DNA of 64,000 nucleotides from the NCBI GenBank assembly GCA_041557595.1, contig JBFFGE010000003.1:1656-65655 (forward strand), given 5' to 3'. Within the stretch, counting starts at the first letter, position 1, and every line of letters begins with the position of its first letter. This DNA is from Alphaproteobacteria bacterium (lineage in GTDB: Bacteria; Pseudomonadota; Alphaproteobacteria; UBA8366). The notes beneath the pieces were generated by a model. That model saw nothing but the letters and a program-made list of their open reading frames with translations. It was not told where the DNA came from and made no database searches. The position numbers and the translations under genes were made by a program. Below are positions 57,533 to 64,000 of this stretch, piece by piece.

Positions 57533-59281
57533 TTATTTGTACATCGTTTGGCGTTTGGTGCCCGGCGCGTATTCGTTGGGATCGATCCAGACATTGACGA
57601 CGGCACATTTGCCCGTCTTGGCGATGGCTTCGCGGGCGCGTTGAAGCGCCGGTTGAATCTGGTCGGCTTCGCGGACCTCTTCGCCGTAGCCGCCGATCAT
57701 CTCGCCGAACTTCGAGAATTCGACGTCGCCGAGCTTGTTGCCGATGTCGCCGCGATTGGGGCCGTATTTGGCGAGCTGACCGTACCGGATCTGGTTCATC
57801 GCCGAATTGTTGCCGACGACGGCCAGGTAGGGCGCGCCGAAGCGTTGCGCCGTTTCCATATCGAACGACGTCATGCCGAACGAACCGTCGCCATAGAGGC
57901 ACATGACCTCTTTCCCCGGATGCGCGAGTTTGGCGGCCATCGAGAAACCGGTTCCGACGCCCAGCGACCCGAGGGCGCCCGGGTCCATCCACTGTCCCGG
58001 GTTCCGCGGCCGTACGGCTTGTGCCGAAATCGTGACGATGTCGCCGCCATCGCCGATATAGATGGTGTCCTCGCCAAGGAACTCGTTGATTTCCCAGGCA
58101 AGGCGATAGGGATGAATCGGACTGCTGTCGGACAGGAACAGGGGCATCAGTTTGTCGAGCTTGCTCGCTTCGATGCCGCGCAGCTGTTCCATCCATTCTT
58201 GCCGCTTCTTGCGGGCGCCCTTTTCGATCCGCCCGCTCGCCGCTTGGGCAACCGCGGTCAGAATTGCGCCGGGATCGCCGACAAGGCCAAGGCTGATATC
58301 GCGGTTCTTGCCGACGGTGCGGTAGTCCATGTCGATCTGGACGAGCGTTGCGGCCTTGGAAATGCGCTTGCCGTAGCCCATGCGGAAGTCGAACGGGGTG
58401 CCGACGATAAGAATGACGTCGGCATCCTTGAACGCATCGGACCGTGTGCGGTCGAAATGGTGCGGGTCGTCCTGCGGAAGCATTCCCCGGCTGGCGCCAT
58501 TCATGTACGCCGGAATGTCCAGTGCCCGAATGAATGCGATCGCCTCGTTATGGCCTTGCGATGCCCAGACCTGTTGCCCGAACAAGACTGCCGGGCGTTC
58601 CGATTTCACCAGAATGTCGGCGAGGCGTTCGATGTCTGCGGGATCGCCGATCGATTTCGTCGATGCCCGATACTGCCCGGCTTGCGGCAGGACGGCCTGG
58701 TCGATCGGGATTTCCGCGTCGAGAATGTCGCGCGGAATTTCGAGATAGGACGGACCGTACGCGCCGGCGAAACATTCCCGGGCGGCCATCGAGATCATGT
58801 CGGCGACACGGTTGGTGGAGAACACGCCCGACGCGAATTTGGTGATCGGCGTCATCATGTCGACATGCGGCAGATCCTGCAGCGAACCCTGCTTGTGTTG
58901 GGTGAGCGAGCTTTGTCCGCCGATATGCAGGATCGGGCTCTCCGAGCGAAACGCCGTGGCGACGCCGGTGACCGCGTTGGTGCAGCCGGGGCCGGCGGTC
59001 GTGACAACACAGCCGAGCTTGCCGGTCTGGCGGGCGTACCCGTCGGCCGCATGTGCCGCGGTTTGCTCGTGCCGGACGTCAACGATCCGGATGCCCTCGT
59101 CGATGCAGCCGTCGTAGATGTCGATGATATGGCCACCGCAGAGCGTGAATACCGTATCGACCCCTTCGGCTTTGAGGGCCTTGGCGACAAGGCCGCCGCC
59201 CGAGATCGTAGATCCGTCCTTGGTTTTTTGCGCTAGCGTATCGTCTGCGGTTGCGGACCGGGCGGTTGCGGGTGTCGCCAT
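57533..59281 (-). CDS. oxc: oxalyl-CoA decarboxylase (ThDP-dependent)
   Basis: 582 aa with ThDP motif GDGSFGM...NNSAMN. N-terminal pyrimidine-binding domain with HEQTAAHAADGYAR. Confidence 0.9.
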   Translation of the reverse strand: MATPATARSATADDTLAQKTKDGSTISGGGLVAKALKAEGVDTVFTLCGGHIIDIYDGCIDEGIRIVDVRHEQTAAHAADGYARQTGKLGCVVTTAGPGCTNAVTGVATAFRSESPILHIGGQSSLTQHKQGSLQDLPHVDMMTPITKFASGVFSTNRVADMISMAARECFAGAYGPSYLEIPRDILDAEIPIDQAVLPQAGQYRASTKSIGDPADIERLADILVKSERPAVLFGQQVWASQGHNEAIAFIRALDIPAYMNGASRGMLPQDDPHHFDRTRSDAFKDADVILIVGTPFDFRMGYGKRISKAATLVQIDMDYRTVGKNRDISLGLVGDPGAILTAVAQAASGRIEKGARKKRQEWMEQLRGIEASKLDKLMPLFLSDSSPIHPYRLAWEINEFLGEDTIYIGDGGDIVTISAQAVRPRNPGQWMDPGALGSLGVGTGFSMAAKLAHPGKEVMCLYGDGSFGMTSFDMETAQRFGAPYLAVVGNNSAMNQIRYGQLAKYGPNRGDIGNKLGDVEFSKFGEMIGGYGEEVREADQIQPALQRAREAIAKTGKCAVVNVWIDPNEYAPGTKRQTMYK

Positions 59282-59423
59282 TTTTCAAACCCTTCCTAAA
59301 TGGTCAAGTTGGTGCTGTCGGCGGAAATAGGTTCCGACTTGGATTTGGTTTCTTCTGTTTTCCGTAATGCCGTGGGCATCTTGTTCTTTCGTCGCTTAAA
59401 AGGGGCGATGATACGGTGTCGTT

Positions 59424-60113
59424 TCAATCCAGATAGTGGGCGTTCTCGTCGACATGCGCCGCGAGCCCGAGCGTGTGCTCTCGCACCAGCCGTTCCGCGA
59501 GGTCGGCGTCTCGTTGCTCCAGCGCTTCGATAATGTTCATGTGATCGATAATGGACCGGCTCGCGCGATCGTTTTCGGAAATCGTCCGCATGCGGATCCA
59601 TCGCATGTGGGCGAGAAGATTCTCTGCCATCTGATTGAGCAACGCGCAGTCGCTCATGCTCAGGATCGCTTGGTGAAATTGAATGTTGGTCTCGGAATAT
59701 TCGTCGATTTCGGCCTGCACCCGGTCGTCGTCGAAGGTCGCGAACATCTTGCGCAGCGTGGCGATTTCCCGGTCCGTCGCGCGCAGCGTGATGAGGCGCG
59801 CCGCCATGCCTTCCAGCGCGGCCCATACGGTGATCATCTCGAGAATCGCCTGCTTGGTCTTGCGGACGACGAAGGCGCCCCGGCGCGGTATGACCTTGAC
59901 GAAGCCCTCCTGCTCCAACCGGGAGATGGCTTCCCGCACCGGCGTCCGGCTTACGCCGAATTCCTCGGACAGCATGCGCTCGTCGAGGCGCGGTTCCTCG
60001 GTTTGGGCGTAGATGTTCATGGAGGTGATCGCGCGTTTCAGGCCGTCATAGACCTTGTCCTTGAGGACAAAATTCGCCTCGATCGGTTCGATGACCAGCT
60101 TTGCCGTCGCCAT
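59424..60113 (-). CDS. GntR-family transcriptional regulator, FadR/FCD subfamily (paralogue 2)
   Basis: 229 aa. Aligns along its whole length with the 51219-51905 product (roughly half the positions identical by eye, e.g. RLDER.LS...G.SRTP.REAIS.L.QEGFV, ITVWAALE.MAARLI). Confidence 0.88.
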   Translation of the reverse strand: MATAKLVIEPIEANFVLKDKVYDGLKRAITSMNIYAQTEEPRLDERMLSEEFGVSRTPVREAISRLEQEGFVKVIPRRGAFVVRKTKQAILEMITVWAALEGMAARLITLRATDREIATLRKMFATFDDDRVQAEIDEYSETNIQFHQAILSMSDCALLNQMAENLLAHMRWIRMRTISENDRASRSIIDHMNIIEALEQRDADLAERLVREHTLGLAAHVDENAHYLD

Positions 60114-60186
60114 GGTTTGTCCCAGGTTTTTGCGCGGTTGCCGTCGTCCCCTGACTCCGAATCCCCGACGGCCGCGAAAGTAGTAT

Positions 60187-60202
60187 TTGGTATTTTGTAT
60201 GC
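60187..60202. promoter_or_regulatory. operator-like motif TTGGTATTTTGTATGC in the GntR2 / OYE divergent region
   Basis: Reverse complement GCATACAAAATACCAA matches GCATAC-N4-TACCAA exactly. It is followed by CATATGCGATTTGG, which recurs near 47418-47440. Confidence 0.5.
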
Positions 60203-60440
60203 CATATGCGATTTGGACGCAACATCAATCTGGGCACTGTTGGGTGGCCATCGACCGACCCGTGAGTGACGGCGATCCGGGTTGAAATATCGACGGAATT
60301 CCGCGTGGATCGATGTAATTTTCGTCCGCTGAGAGGGTGTCCGACTTTCCGCCGTTGCGGTTATTCGCCGGGATCGGCGTATACTTCGTCCCATCGCGCA
60401 CGGCGCTGTCGCGAGCATAAGAATAGAGAGAAGATTTGAG

Positions 60441-61565
60441 ATGGGAGCGCTGTTATTCGAGCCGCTCGAGCTGCGCGGAGTTCGATTGAACAATCGTATC
60501 GTCGTCGCGCCGATGACCCAGTTTTCGACCGATGACGGGGTGGCGGGAGACTGGCATCTGATGCATCTGGGACAGTTCGCGGTCTCGGGCGCCGGTCTGG
60601 TCCTGCCGGAATCGACCTATGTGTCGGCGGCGGCGCGCAACACGCCGCTCTGTCTTTCGCTGTATAACGATCCCCAGGAAGCCGGCGTCAAGCGGATAGC
60701 CGATTTCTTCGCGGCCCATGGGACGGCGGCGCTCGGCGTTCAGCTGTGCCATGGCGGTCGCCGCGCATCGGCGCGCGTTCCCTGGGAGGGTGGCGGCCCC
60801 TTGCCGGTTTCGGACGGCGGCACCGTGACGGTCGCACCGTCGGCCATTCCAATCTCCGATGAATGGCCCGATCCGCACGCACTGACCAAATCGGAAATCG
60901 CGGCCGTTATCCAGTGTTTCGTGGAGGCGGCGCGGCGGGCCGAGCGGGCGGGCATTCGGGTGATCGAGCTGCATGGCGCGCATGGCTATCTGATCCATCA
61001 GTTTCTGTCGCCGATCAGCAATCGGCGCACCGACTCCTATGGTGGCAGTCTTCAGAACCGGATGCGGTTTCCGCTCGAATTGTATGAGGCGGTGCGCGCG
61101 GTCTGGCCGGATGAACTGCCGATCGGCCTGCGGATTTCGGCGACCGACTGGATCGAGGGAGGCTGGACCGTGGACGAAACCGTCGAGTTGTCCCGCGCGC
61201 TCGATGCGCTGGGATGCGACTATATGCATGTCTCCAGCGGCGGGCTCAGCCCCGCGCAAAAAATCGTCACGGGCCCCGGTTACCAGACCGGATTCGCGGC
61301 GGCGGTGAAGGATGCCGTGCGGATGGCGGTCATTACGGTCGGTCAAATTCGCGATCCGATTCAGGCGGAGACGATCCTGCGCACCGGGCTGGCGGATGCG
61401 GTGGCGCTGGCGCGTTCGATGCTCTACAACCCGCACTGGCCGATGCTGGCCGCGCGCGAACTAGGCGCCGATATCGCCTATCCGCGTCAATACGAGCGCG
61501 GGCATCCGGACCGCTGGGGCGCGATGGGCATCAACGCGCCGGGTAATCGGGAGCCGAAGACGTAG
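60441..61565 (+). CDS. NADH:flavin oxidoreductase, Old Yellow Enzyme family
   Basis: 374 aa. Shows LELRGVRLNNRIVVAPM and HGAHGYLIHQFLSP motifs of the OYE TIM barrel. Confidence 0.9.
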   Translation: MGALLFEPLELRGVRLNNRIVVAPMTQFSTDDGVAGDWHLMHLGQFAVSGAGLVLPESTYVSAAARNTPLCLSLYNDPQEAGVKRIADFFAAHGTAALGVQLCHGGRRASARVPWEGGGPLPVSDGGTVTVAPSAIPISDEWPDPHALTKSEIAAVIQCFVEAARRAERAGIRVIELHGAHGYLIHQFLSPISNRRTDSYGGSLQNRMRFPLELYEAVRAVWPDELPIGLRISATDWIEGGWTVDETVELSRALDALGCDYMHVSSGGLSPAQKIVTGPGYQTGFAAAVKDAVRMAVITVGQIRDPIQAETILRTGLADAVALARSMLYNPHWPMLAARELGADIAYPRQYERGHPDRWGAMGINAPGNREPKT

Positions 61566-61603
61566 CCCGGTCGAAAGTCCGTGGGGTGAATATACCCATC
61601 ATC

Positions 61604-63733
61604 CTATTTGGCGGCGTCCGGCCCGAAGCGTTGCCACGCATAGACGCCGGCCAGGAGCGCGGCGCCGGCGATATTGGCGCCGTAACCCGGCAGATTTGCC
61701 GGCAATTGCAGATCGAGCGGCAAGAAGCAAAGGATCGCCGCGACTGCGAGCAGGCTCCATTCGATCCAGGTCGCCCGCCGCCGGAAAAACGACATCGTCC
61801 AGCTTGCGAAGGCCAGGGTTCCGACGGTCGCCGTTGCCATGGTCCAGATCGCGCCGAGCGGATTCGAGAAATCGAGGATCGGCGTGAAGGCAAACAGCAG
61901 CGGCATGATGTAAAGCATTTTCGCGAAACGGAAGCTCATCCATCCGGTTTTCCAGGGATCGCCCTGGGCGATCGAGGCGGCGACGAACGCGCCGAGACAG
62001 ACTGGCGGCGTAATATTGGAATCCTGCGACAACCAGAAGACGATCAGATGCGCCGCGATGACGGCGACACCCAATTGCTCCAGCGCGGGACCGGCCAGCA
62101 CCACCAGCACCAAATACGATGCGGTGATCGGCAGCGCCATGCCCATCAAAAGCGAGGTGAGCGCCACCAGAAGTACCGCCAGGAAGACGCTGCCGCCGGA
62201 CAGGTCCACCAGGATCAGACTCATCTTGAGCCCCAATCCGGTCATCGCGATCATGCCGACGATAACGCCGACCGCCGCCGCTGCGCCGCCGACCAGCAGC
62301 GAATTCCGCGTTCCGGTCACAAGCGTTTCAATAATGACCCGCGGTCCCATGACCGGACCGGACATTCCACCGAAGCCGGCTTTCGCGATGGCGGCGCGGA
62401 CCCAGTTGATGATCAGGATCGATCCGATCGCCATCGCCGCGCACCAGTCGGGCGAGTAACCGGCGATCAGGAAGGCGATCAATACGGCAAATGGGACCAC
62501 ATGATACCAGCCCGCCCGGAAGACCGCGCCGGGCCGCTGCATCTCGCTTTCAGGCAGGCCTTCGATGCCGTTCTTCTTCGCCTCGAAATGCACGATCATG
62601 CCGATCGATAACAGATAGAGCAGGGCCGGAACCGCGGCGATGGCGATAATGTCCACATAGGGGACGCCGGTGATCTCCGCCATGATGAAGACGCCCGATC
62701 CCATCACCGGCGGCAGCAATTGCCCGCCCAGCGAGGCGGAATTCTCGACCGCGCCGGCGACGACGGGACGGAAACCGACGCGCTTCATCAGAGGAATGGT
62801 GAAGGTGCCGGTGGAAACGATGTTGGCCAGGCTGCTGCCCGAGATCGATCCGAAGACGGCCGAGGCCAGCACTGCGACCTTGGCGGGGCCGCCGGCCGAC
62901 CGGCCAGCGATGGTCAGCGGGAACTCGATGAAGAATTTGCCCATGCCCGAACTCTGCATGAACGCGCCGAGAAAAATGAAGATCAAGACGTACTGCGCCA
63001 TGACCGTCGTCATGATCCCGAAAATGCCTTCCTGCGAATAGAAGGTGTAGTCGAGAATGCGCTCCATCCCGGCGCCGCGATGGGCGACCGCTTCCGGGAA
63101 GTAATTCCCGAAATAGGCGTAGCCGATGGCAAACAAGGCGATGCCGGGGATCCACGGGCCGATCGCCCGCCGCGCCACTTCCAGCGCAAGCACGACGGAT
63201 ACGGCGGCCATCCCGAGATCGACCTTTGTCCAGGCGCCGGCCCGGTCGACGATCTCGGCATAGTTGATCATGTAGTAGCCGAGCGTCAGTCCTGAGAGCC
63301 CGATCAACGCGAGATCGGTCGCTTTCTCATAGCGAAAGGAAACGAGTAGCGCCGCGCCGACCACCGCCCAGGCGACCCAATCGACGAGACCGGCACCGTC
63401 CGCCTCGACCCGATCCATTCGGAAGACGGCAACGGCGACGGCGGCGGTAATCGCGCCCGCCAGGGCGAAGTCGGGTATGCCCGGCGATATCCAGCGTTGC
63501 CCGCCGCGCATCGGCAGGACCAGCAGCGCCAGGACCCAAGTCACCAGCGTATAGACGCCCAGGTGAATATGATCCTCGGCGATTCCGGGTCCGGCGGACC
63601 AGAGGGCGAACAGCCCGAGCGCGACGGCCGGAACCTGGAAGATGGCTTTCCAGCATCCGGCAAGTTGCGACGCTACGCCGACCGGCGAATCCGATTGCCC
63701 GGCGTCGCTGGGGACCGCGTCAGGACCCGGCAT
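61604..63733 (-). CDS. TRAP transporter fused permease (TAXI-type, DctQ-DctM fusion)
   Basis: 709 aa, highly polytopic. Immediately downstream of a TAXI-type binding-protein gene. Confidence 0.85.
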   Translation of the reverse strand: MPGPDAVPSDAGQSDSPVGVASQLAGCWKAIFQVPAVALGLFALWSAGPGIAEDHIHLGVYTLVTWVLALLVLPMRGGQRWISPGIPDFALAGAITAAVAVAVFRMDRVEADGAGLVDWVAWAVVGAALLVSFRYEKATDLALIGLSGLTLGYYMINYAEIVDRAGAWTKVDLGMAAVSVVLALEVARRAIGPWIPGIALFAIGYAYFGNYFPEAVAHRGAGMERILDYTFYSQEGIFGIMTTVMAQYVLIFIFLGAFMQSSGMGKFFIEFPLTIAGRSAGGPAKVAVLASAVFGSISGSSLANIVSTGTFTIPLMKRVGFRPVVAGAVENSASLGGQLLPPVMGSGVFIMAEITGVPYVDIIAIAAVPALLYLLSIGMIVHFEAKKNGIEGLPESEMQRPGAVFRAGWYHVVPFAVLIAFLIAGYSPDWCAAMAIGSILIINWVRAAIAKAGFGGMSGPVMGPRVIIETLVTGTRNSLLVGGAAAAVGVIVGMIAMTGLGLKMSLILVDLSGGSVFLAVLLVALTSLLMGMALPITASYLVLVVLAGPALEQLGVAVIAAHLIVFWLSQDSNITPPVCLGAFVAASIAQGDPWKTGWMSFRFAKMLYIMPLLFAFTPILDFSNPLGAIWTMATATVGTLAFASWTMSFFRRRATWIEWSLLAVAAILCFLPLDLQLPANLPGYGANIAGAALLAGVYAWQRFGPDAAK

Positions 63734-63757
63734 GAAAGTCGCGGATCAAGGCCGGCC

Positions 63758-64000
63758 CTAGTTGACCGATTTGCCCATTTCCTTCCAGAATTTGGCCGCG
63801 CCCGGATGCAGCGGGACGACCAGGTTTTTCAGGCCGTTCTCGACGGTCATCTGCTTGACGCGACCGCCGATTGCACCGGTGAGAAATTTTCGGCCGGACT
63901 CGGAATACGCACCCTTGAGGATCTTATAGACCGCGTCGGCCGGAACATCCTTGTTGGCGATCATCAAGCTGCCGGTACCGATCGTCATCGTGTCGTTGTC
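63758..64000 (-). CDS. TAXI-family TRAP solute-binding protein, C-terminal part (5' end outside the window)
   Basis: The frame stays open to the window edge. The C-terminus NLVVPLHPGAAKFWKEMG is typical of TAXI receptors. Confidence 0.75.
   Translation of the reverse strand, partial: DNDTMTIGTGSLMIANKDVPADAVYKILKGAYSESGRKFLTGAIGGRVKQMTVENGLKNLVVPLHPGAAKFWKEMGKSVN

Overview
High-GC chromosomal segment with clear alphaproteobacterial core synteny. The core blocks are the polA 3' end; pckA; chvI-chvG-hprK-rapZ-EIIA(Man)-HPr; ahcY; divL-tsaE-amgK-murU-addB-addA; trxA; folC-accD-trpA-trpB-trpF-pyrF; and lapA-ihfB-rpsA-cmk-aroA, followed by tRNA-Ala(GGC). About 60 CDS are supportable. Many are joined by ATGA/GTGA stop-start overlaps. 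Most other long ORFs in the track are antisense or out-of-frame artefacts of the high GC content.

Five things stand out against the housekeeping background:
1. A translationally coupled three-cistron nitrile-hydratase-family enzyme with a split beta subunit (2557-3838). It has thiocyanate-hydrolase-like gene order, a cobalt-type CTLCSC centre and a (His-Asp)n tail, and no amidase or activator gene nearby.
2. A roughly 17 kb oxalate/formate catabolic cluster (42.8-60.1 kb). It holds a fused FdsG-FdsB plus FdsA formate dehydrogenase, a TctCBA transporter, a domain-permuted ADP-forming acyl-CoA synthetase, frc, oxc and two paralogous GntR/FCD regulators. A recurring GCATAC-N4-TACCAA operator-like motif sits in its promoter regions, and it contains an uncharacterised 616-aa P-loop protein.
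3. A 269-bp MITE-like element with 28/32-matching terminal inverted repeats flanked by TA. It sits directly in front of, and overlaps the probable start of, a DivL-type kinase whose phospho-acceptor His is Tyr.
4. A more AT-rich islet next to tRNA-Ala. It carries hsp20 bracketed by two 98-bp direct repeats, a C10 homopolymer tract and a truncated GT-C-like membrane protein gene.
5. Several unusual hairpins and palindromes in intergenic regions.

No CRISPR array, integrase, transposase or rRNA was seen. All functional calls come from motif and pattern recognition on the translated ORFs, without database searches.
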